Below the pieces are notes generated by a model. It saw only the letters and a program-made list of their open reading frames with translations. It had not been told where the DNA came from and ran no database searches. The position numbers and the translations under genes were made by a program. Positions 32,135 to 43,546 of a stretch of DNA of 64,000 nt are shown here, piece after piece; positions within the stretch are counted from its first letter, which is position 1; each line of letters opens with the position of its first letter. Source of the DNA: Epithemia pelagica (taxonomy: Eukaryota; Protista; Bacillariophyta); the NCBI GenBank assembly GCA_946965045.2, contig OX337242.1, positions 1,674,001-1,738,000 on the forward strand. Reading direction: 5' to 3'.

Positions 32135-32917
32135 TGTTACAATTCTTTCTGAATCGTAGGGACATTGATGCTCGGTAGAGCAGACAATCAGGTAGGTCAC
32201 CAACCGATACAAGCTTCTCAGGGTCAGAGAAGCAAGCAAGTCGAAGTCTATCAGAAGGATAGTCGGGACACAAAAGAAGATGTGATAAATGGTGATATTG
32301 TTAGATTGTGTGTTGATTACTACGATAGGTCTACGTGAAATGTTCGGTCCTGCCAAGGGTCATGTGTCATAGGTTCTTGGCGGCAACAGGTTTGGAATAG
32401 TTGGAGTCGATTCATGTGATGTATATGACATGTATATGTGGACGGATAACATATACAGGGTCAACAGCTCTTGCTTTGGGTTGGCATAGTTGTTTTCATG
32501 GCGCGCAGCTTGTTGACAATTTGGAGATTGTGGGAATGGAAATATGGTCTCGCGTGATCGTGTGTCGTGCTTGGGATACTTAGACCGTTGGGTCGGATAG
32601 ATGCCGACAGCGCTCGGATGTCGCTTGGGCGCGCTCGATGATTTCGGGCGCGTACGCTTAGGGCGTTAGTATAATATCCGAGCAACGGCCAAATTTATGT
32701 CCGTTGTAATACCACACGACCCAGTTTAGTCTTGAGAGTGAGTTCGTCAATCTATTCTCACTTTTCATGATTTGCGAAGAAATATAGGTCGATATAGCGC
32801 GAAGCTAGGGAACATAGCTCAAAGCTAGATGGCATGATGTGATAGCACGAGGCTATGTGACATGGGGAATCGATGAGATGTAGAATCTAACCACCATAGA
32901 CGGTGAGAATTCTAACA
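32135..32917 (-). repeat. Inner copia 3' LTR (783 bp)
   Basis: No difference from 39735..40517 seen by eye. The ORF-track translations are identical at a 7600-bp offset. Confidence 0.95.
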
Positions 32918-35900
32918 CTCCCCACAACTTGTCGTTTCAGCCTTGTCATCATTGGATTTGTTGAGGTCTTGAACTTCTCCTTTCCAAAACAACAATGGCT
33001 TGAGCATGGGCCAAATAGATACGAAATCCCAATGTTTGCTAAGGATATCGGCAGGGTTGGTCTTTCCATCTTTCCAGTAGAATGCAACATACTTTGCTGC
33101 GATGGCTTCACGAACTCGGTGGTATGACAGAAGATGGTGTCTCTTGGATAGTATGGAATGAGGAACGGTTGCATTGAGCACAACAGATCTGTTATCTCCG
33201 TACATGTAACTTCGCTCTCGGATAGGTACTCCAAGGTAGCGGAGAGAATGTCGTAATTCTGTAATCTGATCTATTGCTGTCCTTGCAGCCACAAACTCGG
33301 ATCCATAGGTAGCAGTTTCCACCGTGCTCTGTCTCTTGCTGTACCAGTCAATAGGTGTTCCGTTCAACAAATGTAGAACAGCAGTGACGGATTTACCAGT
33401 GACTATGTCATGCATGAGATTGGCATCAACATAATGAGTTGTGGTAACATAGCGGCCAAGAGGTGTTGGGCAGTCTTCAGGAATACGTTCACTTGCATTC
33501 GAATAGACAGTGCGAGTCCAATCAAATTCTTGGGTAGGAAGACTTGAATAATCAGGCTCTCCAATCCTAAATCTGATTGCGCCTTCTGGGAGATGTGCAA
33601 GGTATCCATAGATACGCTTGGCTCTATCAAGATGTCCTTTCCTCGGAGCAGCACGAAAGCGTGATAGCGTCATTGTAGCGGTGAAGACGTCGAAACGACC
33701 AATAGTGATCACCCATTGGAGTTGTCCAATCAGAGTTTGGAAATGGCTAGTACCTTCTTCATCAAGGAGCTCAGAATCATCCAATTCAGGATGGTCTCCA
33801 CCAATAAGAGGTGTTTTGGCTTTCTTGGGTTTCTCCTTGAAGATTCGTTCGAAAGTGTCCATCATCTTACCAATGTAGCGTCTTGGATCTGCTACTAATG
33901 TTCCATCAGAATCCTTGGTGTAACAACATCCCAAGTGGAAATCAATAGGTCCATCTCCTTTGAGTTTGAAGTTGTATTTCTCCTTCAGGATCTTGCAGAT
34001 ATTCCCAGGGTCAGTAGAAATAATGGCTAAGTCATCAACGTATACGGCAATGTATTCGTAACAGTCTTCTCCAGGTGCTTTCCTCATCCAGATATCCGGA
34101 TCTGCTTTGCTTGGTGAAAATCCCATGTCTGTCAAAACATCGAATAAGACATCATGCCAGCGTGCGCCTGATGACTTCAATCCATAAAGTGCCTTGTATA
34201 TAATCAGGATGTGACCTTCTAATTCCTTGAATTCAGGTCCTGCGACAATGAAAATTTTCTCCCCTGTCAAGGCTTCCAGATATGCGTTTCCAATATCTGC
34301 TCCCCATATTTCCAAGTCATTCAAAGTACCCAGGAATAAGGCAATGCGGAGGTTGCGAATGGAAACAACACCTGAATAGATTGTCTCAACAGGTTCTTTT
34401 GTGAGATGTCCATCTGCGACAAGTCTTGCTTTATGTCGTCCATCATGTTTTACGTCAAAGACAAGATGTACACGTATCTTATGATATCCTTCAGGTGCAT
34501 TGGATACTTTCCCTTTAATGAAGATGGCTTTCCCAAAATCCTTGAATGTCTTGTAGGACTGGATCTGTGACAATTCTAGTTCCGTTGCATCCTGCCACTT
34601 TGTGTTGCCATGTTGTTTATCAAGAGCGACAGCTTCCTCATAATTGCGTGGTACTTGGAATCCAAACTTATACTTGACGGAATGGTGAACTTGTTTAATC
34701 CTTGACTGTTTGGCTGCTCGAATGAGACGTTTGCTTGTTTTGACATAACGTTTCAAATGCTTCCATCCAGGTTCGTTGAGTAAATCATGTTTCTTTCCAT
34801 AAATTGCTACAGTGATCGGATCATCATTGGCGATGAGTGATAAAGGTTCATAGGTAGTCTCCCCAGTTTCCCAATCAACAAGCAAATTATATTTGCTCCC
34901 CTTGTAATCTGGATCAGTTGTGTTCAGTGGGCCTTGATGGGCGATGACGTCCCTGAACCTGAAAAGATTATCTCCAGAGGTTTGAGCTTGGTTATCTCGT
35001 TCGATATACTCCATGAGTTGATTATAGGATATCATCTCATCAACATCAGAATTTGTCTTTCGGTAGATGTACTTGACACGTTCTTCCTGTTTCGTTGCTT
35101 CTTCATTAAGATCAATGACTCGTTTGATGACACGTGCACGGTGTCGCTCCCCATTTTCTTCTGTGTCGCTTAGGAATGTGCGTCCTATCATGTCGTCAAA
35201 ATCGATCGTGGGCATTGGTTTGGATGGATCTTCACTATCACTGCGAATGAAGACAGTGTCAGCTTGCTTATCATTGTCATCCTTCTCAGACATATCCTCC
35301 CCTGAAGGTCGATCCACACGTAGGTTAGGTGTAGTGGATTCAACACGGCGAACGGCAGAACGGTAGATTATCTGGTTATCCTGGGTGAGAATCTTCCAAG
35401 TAAAAGAATCACCAACGTTGTGAGCAAAACCAACCCAGTGGCCAAGTTTCTCATCAGAAGAGGATGGATATGAACCAGAATTGGGTTCAGCGGGGTCGAC
35501 ACGGTAGTAAACCTCATCCCAGAAAGGAAAGAACAAGAGATGAGTAATGTCGGGTGGGCGTCCAGAGAGAGCCTCAAGAGGAGTGCGACCGGAATGGGTG
35601 GGTGATGACGTATGGTTCAATAAGTCACAGACATACTCAAGGCAAAGAAGCCAGGTGTTGGCAGGGCAACCAGTGGCATTCATGAGAGCGTTGGTCATAC
35701 GTTTAACGGTCTGGTAACGGTTTTCAGCCTTATTCTGGTGTTGATGATAAGGTTCGGATCGATACTCCCCAATAAGCAAAGTGCGAAGAATGTCTTTGAC
35801 CTTTTGAGAGATGAGAGATGAACCACCATCACTGATAAGAGTCTCCATGGCACCACGAAACCGGATGTTGTCCTGAAGAGTATTGACAAACTGTTTGGTT

Positions 35901-37760
35901 GACTTGATCCCATAGATATCAGTAACCAGAGTATGTCGACCAACAAAGATTTGTGCGACTTTACCTCCATGGTCAACAGCAGGGGTGTCGGAGAAAACCG
36001 AGTCCGTAGCAACGGGTTCATGACGTCGAGGTATATTAAGGACCGGATTGCGAGCCTTGAAATGTTTCTTGAGGGTGTCGTGGTCAAAAGTAATGCTACC
36101 ATTACGTGTAGTGTGCTTGAACGTAGCAGCAATAACATCTTCAGATTGCCAACCAAAGAATGGACGGAACTTCTTCCAGTCATACGCTTCCTGGTAACGA
36201 CGGTGGACAGAGGCATGAAGTGTAGGATCATTACCTTCTGCGTCAGCGTAGATAGAAAAGAAAGGTGCGTCGTCAGGGCCATGATCGTATGGGAGATCCA
36301 AAAGGAGATTGAGGTTACAAACAACACGATCAGTGTACTCCCCATAGTTGTCATATGGATGGTTCGACATACTACCATCAGTCTTGACGTGTTTCCAATC
36401 AGGATCATTGTCAGAGGGTGTGGGAGAATGCGAATGGTCCAGAACACCAGGATCCCATGTGTCGGGTGACGTGAAGATGATCTGAGGTAAGGTATCCATG
36501 TCATCGTCGCTGGGGATACCCAAGGAGTGGATGTAGGCTAACCCATCCTTGATGTGAAGAGGTATAGCACGACCATCAAGTGTAGTGATGCGTGGTTTAC
36601 CATCAACTTTAACAGATCGTTCATCAACAGCAAGTCCGAAATGCTCGAATTGACCAGGAGCATGGATAGATAAGCCCTTTCCATAATAAGCATATTCATT
36701 GAAGATGCCGACAATAGGTCCATCATTGGTCTCAAACTTTGCGGCACATGTGACGACAGGAAGTCCAGTAAGTTCATGGTTATCAATACCCACAATAGTG
36801 ATATGGCGACCAGTCTTAGAAAGGATGCGCATGTCAGAACCAGCAAGTCCTCCATTAGCACCACGGTCAATCAATTGATTTCCTGGTAAAGTAGATTTCC
36901 TGGAAAACAGATAGCGTGGAACATGTCCTGCTTGTTTATGCATGTTGGCTTTGAAAGTAACCTTCTTGCTCGTCTTGGACTTGGCGTTAGAAAGAACACT
37001 AGTCAGGTCAGTTGCCGGGTGATTGATATCAGTCGTCATGGCTTGGTTGATAAATTGTGTAACCGGATCTGAATCATCTGGATGCTCAGAGACTACGCCA
37101 GGTGAGTCGTCATCAGATGCAACTTGGTTGGGGTCAGGATCAGGTTCCGGATCAATGTCGAGGGCATGTGTTTGCACTTTCCTCGGTGTTGTTGATGAAG
37201 GTGCTTGAATCATCTTGTTATACTCAATGATCAACTTGCGATCTTCTTCAGAAAGTTTGAACCATAGGTCACGCGGTAGACTAACCTTGGACGAAGAGGA
37301 TGGAGATTCAGATGTCGCTGTGGTGTTGTGGACATGATACTCCATATCATCTTGTGAGGTTATGTCAGCATCTGCATCTTGGCCATATAGTGATTCATGT
37401 TGTTTGACATGTCGATGGCGACTATGAACAGATGACTGGGTTGCTTGATCATGGTCATAAGCTGCGTCTAGAAGGAGACGGAAGTATGATTGATAGCAAA
37501 GGGATTTTGCACCGGATTTGGTGTTCACCACATTATCCAAGATCTTGACTCGGCGGAGATCAGGTACCTTTTCTACAGCTTGCATGAGGAAAGTCATCCT
37601 GGTATGATCAGGGATGCGATCAGACAATGTCACTAGATTGTCTAGCAAACGTAGCTGCTCTTGAAAGTGTAGAAGAAATTGACGTGTTGTTCCGCGCCAT
37701 GCGTCGTCAAGACGTAGATTGGAAATGTAGTTGGTTAAACGGAGGACCTTCGTTTTGCTA
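32912..37760 (-). CDS. pol: Inner copia gag C-terminus/pol (protease, integrase, RT, RNase H)
   Basis: LIDRGANGG (PR); VATDSVFSD/ISDGG/QNKAEN (IN); HKARLVADG, DIGNAYL, LYGLKSSG, YVDD (RT); VDANL, GSEF, NPADIL (RH). The frame is open upstream to ~37760. Confidence 0.95.
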
Positions 37761-38598
37761 GGTCGGATTCGGTATGCAAAGAGTGTAACTTCTGCAATAC
37801 GGCACGCGCATCTTCATCATGTTCATGTTCACGTACATAGGCTCGACCTTGGTCAGTCTGAATGATACGGACAAGAACGGAGTAAAGAAATACTTGTTGC
37901 TCTTGAAAAAGTTCTTCGGCATACTCATCATCATGGGGTGGTGTGTATTTGAAATTCAGAACGTTGGATAGGCCTTGAGCCTTAGCTGTAGTCTTGAATA
38001 CACGCCAGAATGAATCGTAGTATCGTTCATCCTTGAATACCTCATATGCAGTTGCGTCGCGCTTAGTTCCCTTTTTGAATGCTGTAAGGTCTTGTTGAGA
38101 TTGAGATGCGGCAGTAACTGTGCTGACAGATTTCACAGATGACGGTGACTTCATTGGCGAGACTGGGACTTGGCTAGGTGGTCCCTTAGAGAAATCTGTG
38201 TTGATCCTCCAAGTGTTGAACTCTTTCCTCGTTAGGTTCATCCAGTCGCTATTGGATAGCTCGTCTTGAATTTCATTGGTCTTGTATATGGCCCAATAAG
38301 CCAAGAGCTTGATCTGCTGTCTTGTGGGGCCTTGTAGGTCATGTGTCTGTTTATTGACCTTGTATTGTGTCAGTTCCTTCATGGATTCCTCGGTATTAGT
38401 TTGCATATACGAGATAACATGGGTAATGTTCTCAAAACCATGGTATTTCATCCACTTCATTAAGTAGTCGGCCCTTTCTTTGGTAAAGAATTGGCAGACA
38501 GTAAATATGATGTGGTCGAATAGGTCTGTGTCCGAGATATTGTCTTGGTTATCTTCTCCCTTAGGAGTCGTAGGTGTCTTGGGTGATTGAGGATCCAT
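37735..38598 (-). CDS. gag: Inner copia gag N-terminal part
   Basis: FKKGTKRDATAYEVFKDERYYDSF...QGRAYVREH, a diatom copia gag pattern. Overlaps the pol frame by a -1 shift. Confidence 0.88.
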   Translation of the reverse strand: MDPQSPKTPTTPKGEDNQDNISDTDLFDHIIFTVCQFFTKERADYLMKWMKYHGFENITHVISYMQTNTEESMKELTQYKVNKQTHDLQGPTRQQIKLLAYWAIYKTNEIQDELSNSDWMNLTRKEFNTWRINTDFSKGPPSQVPVSPMKSPSSVKSVSTVTAASQSQQDLTAFKKGTKRDATAYEVFKDERYYDSFWRVFKTTAKAQGLSNVLNFKYTPPHDDEYAEELFQEQQVFLYSVLVRIIQTDQGRAYVREHEHDEDARAVLQKLHSLHTESDLAKRRSSV

Positions 38599-38918
38599 GG
38601 TGTTATTTGGTTGGTTCGATGTTTATTTAATGTGCGGTGTGATGTGGTTTATTTAATGTGTGATGTGATGTGAACCCGGATGTACCACGTGTGCCACGTA
38701 TGTACCACGTATATGATACCCGGATGTGTGTTGTGATGTGCGACTCCTGGAAATTTCCGTTGATTCCGACAAATTTTCGCCGAGTTTCAACAAATTTTCG
38801 CCGAATTTTCGCGATTTGACGGGAATGTGTGGCGTGTTGTGCGACCAAGGGTACCCGGATGTGCGTTGAGTTTAAGTCTTGGAAAGGTTTTGAGAGGACG
38901 GGAGTTAACTATGAGTAA

Positions 38919-39698
38919 TTAAGCTTCGGTCTCCGAATCCCCACTCTCTTCCGAATAATCAGAGTCGTTTCCAGGCTCAGATGGGGCAGCACAAGCAACA
39001 GAAGAAGGGGTATCACCTTCAGTCAGGTGGTTCTCGACCTCGGTACGCAAAGGGTAGATAGTTGCACGATGGTCCTCGATGGTATGGACCTCGTGGATGT
39101 AGGCAACGTAGTTATCTAGGCGTACAACGTTAGGAGGCAGAGGGCAAGTCGTCGCGTTCACGACGTGGATGGTATTGTAGTATCCAGTTGGGCGCTCGAA
39201 GGTTAGGAAGCGGAGGTGGACAGTACGGATGGGGTTGCCCGAGAGGGCGGCCAAGATGAGGCGACGCCTCGGAGAACGGTGAAGTTGGTCGTTCAGACGG
39301 TCAATGTCTTCTTGGTCGACGATGTGGGTCACCGATTGGAACTGGCGTTCGATCTGGGTCTCCCCACGGATGATCTCGGGATCGAAGGTCGAACAAGTTG
39401 GTTGACGGAAGTACTTGATATGATCAGCAATCAACCGGGTGGTACGACGGGATCGAGAAGGGACGAGCCGACGAGGCGGACTTGGGGGCCGAAGCAACGG
39501 CGCAGGGATCGGAGCGTGAGGCTGGGTTGGAGTCTCGAATGGGTTGCTGTTGGAACTGTCGACGGAGATGTTGACCGATGTGTTGGCTGCCTTCGGCGTC
39601 GGCGCCAGTTCCTGCTGCACCAGGGTATCGGGCTGCCCGGGATGCAGTTTGGCTCGATAGATCTGTCGTACAGGAGTGATAAGCTCGTTAGAATCCAT
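38919..39698 (-). CDS. Additional 259-aa sense ORF between the PBS and gag of the inner copia; function unknown
   Basis: ATG lies 36 nt downstream of the 5' LTR. Uninterrupted ORF with Pro/Arg-rich N-half and acidic Ser-rich end; no family recognised. Confidence 0.6.
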   Translation of the reverse strand: MDSNELITPVRQIYRAKLHPGQPDTLVQQELAPTPKAANTSVNISVDSSNSNPFETPTQPHAPIPAPLLRPPSPPRRLVPSRSRRTTRLIADHIKYFRQPTCSTFDPEIIRGETQIERQFQSVTHIVDQEDIDRLNDQLHRSPRRRLILAALSGNPIRTVHLRFLTFERPTGYYNTIHVVNATTCPLPPNVVRLDNYVAYIHEVHTIEDHRATIYPLRTEVENHLTEGDTPSSVACAAPSEPGNDSDYSEESGDSETEA

Positions 39699-39720
39699 GA
39701 AACCACAAGGAAATAAGCTT

Positions 39721-39734
39721 TGAGACTGTTAATC
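39721..39734 (-). other. Primer-binding site of the inner copia, complementary to a tRNA-Asn(GUU) anticodon arm
   Basis: Directly abuts the LTR. The plus strand reads TGAGA-CTGTTAA-TC, i.e. a stem strand plus a canonical YU-GUU-AA loop. Confidence 0.65.
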
Positions 39735-40517
39735 TGTTACAATTCTTTCTGAATCGTAGGGACATTGATGCTCGGTAGAGCAGACAATCAGGTAGGTCAC
39801 CAACCGATACAAGCTTCTCAGGGTCAGAGAAGCAAGCAAGTCGAAGTCTATCAGAAGGATAGTCGGGACACAAAAGAAGATGTGATAAATGGTGATATTG
39901 TTAGATTGTGTGTTGATTACTACGATAGGTCTACGTGAAATGTTCGGTCCTGCCAAGGGTCATGTGTCATAGGTTCTTGGCGGCAACAGGTTTGGAATAG
40001 TTGGAGTCGATTCATGTGATGTATATGACATGTATATGTGGACGGATAACATATACAGGGTCAACAGCTCTTGCTTTGGGTTGGCATAGTTGTTTTCATG
40101 GCGCGCAGCTTGTTGACAATTTGGAGATTGTGGGAATGGAAATATGGTCTCGCGTGATCGTGTGTCGTGCTTGGGATACTTAGACCGTTGGGTCGGATAG
40201 ATGCCGACAGCGCTCGGATGTCGCTTGGGCGCGCTCGATGATTTCGGGCGCGTACGCTTAGGGCGTTAGTATAATATCCGAGCAACGGCCAAATTTATGT
40301 CCGTTGTAATACCACACGACCCAGTTTAGTCTTGAGAGTGAGTTCGTCAATCTATTCTCACTTTTCATGATTTGCGAAGAAATATAGGTCGATATAGCGC
40401 GAAGCTAGGGAACATAGCTCAAAGCTAGATGGCATGATGTGATAGCACGAGGCTATGTGACATGGGGAATCGATGAGATGTAGAATCTAACCACCATAGA
40501 CGGTGAGAATTCTAACA
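39735..40517 (-). repeat. Inner copia 5' LTR (783 bp)
   Basis: TG/CA termini; matches the 3' LTR. Confidence 0.95.
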
Positions 40518-43500
40518 AAGATGGAGTCGTCTGTGTACAAGATATAGAGGCTGCGTCCTTTGTAGAAGACACATTCATCATGATCACTCTGTTTGAATCC
40601 CACTTGCTCCAATTGCTGTACCAGGTGTTTATTCCAGACACGCGCAGCCTGTTTCTGGCCGTAGTAATTCCGCTTAATCTTGAGAACAAAATCTTTGGCT
40701 CGTTGTTCTCCGGTCGTGTCGAATGTAAACCCTCTAGGTGCCTCCACGTACATATTAGTTTCTGCCACGGCTTGAGTATAGGCGAGGACATAGTCTATCT
40801 GCTTCATCGCCCATCCTTGCGAAATAGCCGTTGTTAAGACATAGCGGACCACAGGCCATTGGACCACGGGAGCATAAGTCTCCCAATAGTTCACTCCTTT
40901 GGTCTGTCTTGATCCATCAAATGCCAAGCGTGACTTCCATTTATAGATTTCACCCGTCTGCAGTTTCCGCTTCCGGACACAACTCCATACTGCTCTAGTC
41001 ACATAGCTACCCGGTGGTATATCTTGTCGTCGGACCACTTCCCAGAGACCGTTTGCGGTGTGATCCTGGACCTCCTTTTGGGCAGCCTTGATAAATTCCA
41101 ATCGATCTGGTTGTCGCATGGCTTCGTGCCAATACATGACATCTGGATTTGCTTGGGCCTGTGCGGTCATGGAGATCAACCCAGGTAACGTCACTGCCAG
41201 CTCACCTAGAGGATCTAGGTCGTCGCCCAAAGAATCCATATAGTCTTGATATCGCATAGTTGGTTTGGGTTGTCGTTGTGACCTGCGGATTCCAAAGGCT
41301 CCCTCATTTGTCGGCTGGATTAGCTCTTCATTGTCGACTGGTAACGGAACTATAGGTGGCTCCTCTAGGGTAGAATTGTGATCTACCTCCCTCATTTGTG
41401 AGGGTAGTGAGGGTAGTTGAGAGTCACGTGCGTCGGTAGTGTGGTGATCTGGTTGGGACTGATCCATGGTTTTACCCTTTCGGAACCCGGCCTTCTGCTG
41501 CCAATAGGAGACAGGTTGTGCTTCCCCAAAACTACGTCGCATAGTCTCAAAACGGTCATCGTACTGAACGTGAAATTGTGGGGAAGATAAACCGGAGGAC
41601 AATGAGAGAATAAGCCCCACGGTTCTTGAGTGTTGGGCAGAGTATCCCAAGAAGATACCAACCCGAGAGCGTTCCGACCATTTGGGAATCCCTTTTCCTG
41701 ATTGTAGGGCATTTTCTAGGACATAACTTGGACATCCAAATGTGTGCGCATGTCGCAGGTTGAATCGTGCTGGGGAACCAGAGAAGAGTTCCAAAGGCGT
41801 CGTATTCTTATGTTTCGCCATAGGTGCAGAGTTGAAGATATCCGATGCATAGCGTACTGCATAGGGCCAGAGGTTCGGAGTAATAGCAGAGGGCCATCGA
41901 CGATGTGCATGGAGTAGCATCGTCCGTGCTGAATCTTGTAGGTCCCTTATGCGCCTCTCGGCCATACCGCTCTGAAAATGCGCGTTGACTCCGCTGAACG
42001 TCAAGCGCTGTCCTTTGTCTCTTACTGCTTTGCGGAATTGGTTGTCAGCAAAAATGCCGTTGTCTGCATGATAGTGCATGATTGCGACCCCGTGCGTATC
42101 CGCCCATGCTTCAAATCGCTCCTTTGCTTCGATGGTATCCGCAGCCGACGTTGATCGTTGTAGGTGGACGTACCCTATACCAGAGTAGTGGTCCACGAAA
42201 ACAGTCGCTACCCGATATCTATCGCGTGTTGGAATACCTCGTAAGTGGGCAATATATCCTGGTGTTGTCGATATGAGTTGGTCGACCGATACACATTGAC
42301 CTGGACGAGTCATAACGTCCAGTGTACCCCTTGTACCTTTCACTCGCCATGGTTTCTTCGTCGCTTTCCCGTACATACAGGCTGTACATGCTGGAACAGC
42401 GCATGAACCGAGTCGCTTGGGCAATTCACCTCGTCGTGCCATTTCTTGAATCTTAGCAAATGACAGATGGCCGAGACGATGATGAACGCGTAGGAGTTCG
42501 ACCGTCGGGTTTTCGATTCCCACTTCTTCTTCATTTGGGATCACATGTACCACTTTTTCATCTTCGAAGAGAAAATCCGTGGTGATGGGCTGATCCCGTT
42601 GCGGAAAATACTGTTCATTGTGCTCGTCATCCATGTCAAGTTCTACATCGTTGGATTCTTGTTCTATCTGGGCGCTTGGTGAGTTCTCGTTGATGCTTTC
42701 GTCATCCTCGATCAGATTTGCATGGCTAACGATCGGTGGATTCTCATCTTCTTCCTCCGGTGTTGCATGTACTTTGCAGCAGAAAGCATGGAACTTGAGC
42801 ATACCAGTTGCAGTGTACAGCTGTCCCACATTCGTTCCTCTTCGATTGAGCGGGATGCTTCTCGTGTATTCGCGTTGGTTCCATTCGAGAATTATGTTGT
42901 CAGCTGTGGTGATGCAGCGAGTGCCGTCTGGATTTGGCTTGTGGTCTTTGGCTACTTGTGCCCAGTGTTGGGGGGAGAAAAGTCTGTTGGAGGTCGATGG
43001 TATGTAGAATGATCGAGGCAGGACGAGTGTATGGATGGCACCGTTGTCGTCTTCGAAGTGCCACTTGATCGTCGTGGAGTAGATTTCCGTTTTGAACAAT
43101 CCTGCAATGCCCTTGATCTTTCTTCTTACGGGCTGGATTGCTGTTATGCAGTCGGTGATATCGTTTGTGATGGACGATGTTGCACAGTTGTCAACAAACA
43201 CGGGCTGGCTATCGGAGTCGAACTTGACTTGATGTGCTGCGGCTGGTTTACCTGTTATCGGAGCTGCGAGTATTGTTGCCATGCATAACATTCGCATTGT
43301 TTGTCTATTCCATCTTGGTTTCCTTGTTTGTCGTCGTATACTGTTGCTATTGCATGTTGGTGTTAGAAACCATAGCTTAGGCCACAGACTCGTCTTGTCA
43401 TCTTGGGAAGGGTTAGCCGACCTAGCATCATCATCACTATATACTAGGACAGACATGTAGAGGATTGTTGTCACTAGTAATATATAGATGAGCTGCTCGA

Positions 43501-43543
43501 CCGTCTTGTAGAACAGCCCGAGGAATGACCTCGGGTCTCGTTG
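40518..43543 (-). CDS. pol: Outer copia pol, 5' part (linker, protease, integrase, RT up to YTDD)
   Basis: VFVDNCAT (PR), HHRLGH...CTAC (HHCC), VSVDQ/HADNG/MAERRIR (IN core), YKWKSRL, YAPVV, YGQKQAARVW, YTDD. The frame is open right up to the gag stop. Confidence 0.93.
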
Positions 43544-43546
43544 TCA
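43517..43546 (-). promoter_or_regulatory. Putative stop-codon readthrough signal: UGA, 8-nt spacer, 7-bp hairpin
   Basis: Minus strand: GAG-TGA-CAACGAGA-CCCGAGG-TCATT-CCTCGGG. gag and pol are in the same frame. Confidence 0.7.

Larger units (their letters stand above)
32135..40517 (-). mobile_element. Inner, very young Ty1/copia element (diatom CoDi-like), 8383 bp
   Basis: TG...CA LTRs, AAGAT TSD (32130-32134 and 40518-40522), PPT GTTGTGGGGAG, and gag plus a long uninterrupted pol. Confidence 0.96.

Noticed and set aside
31013-32356. 447-aa ORF-track entry as a real chimeric protein
   Set aside because: Its first ~74 codons are inner-LTR sequence that happens to be in frame; the same peptide appears at 39729..39956.
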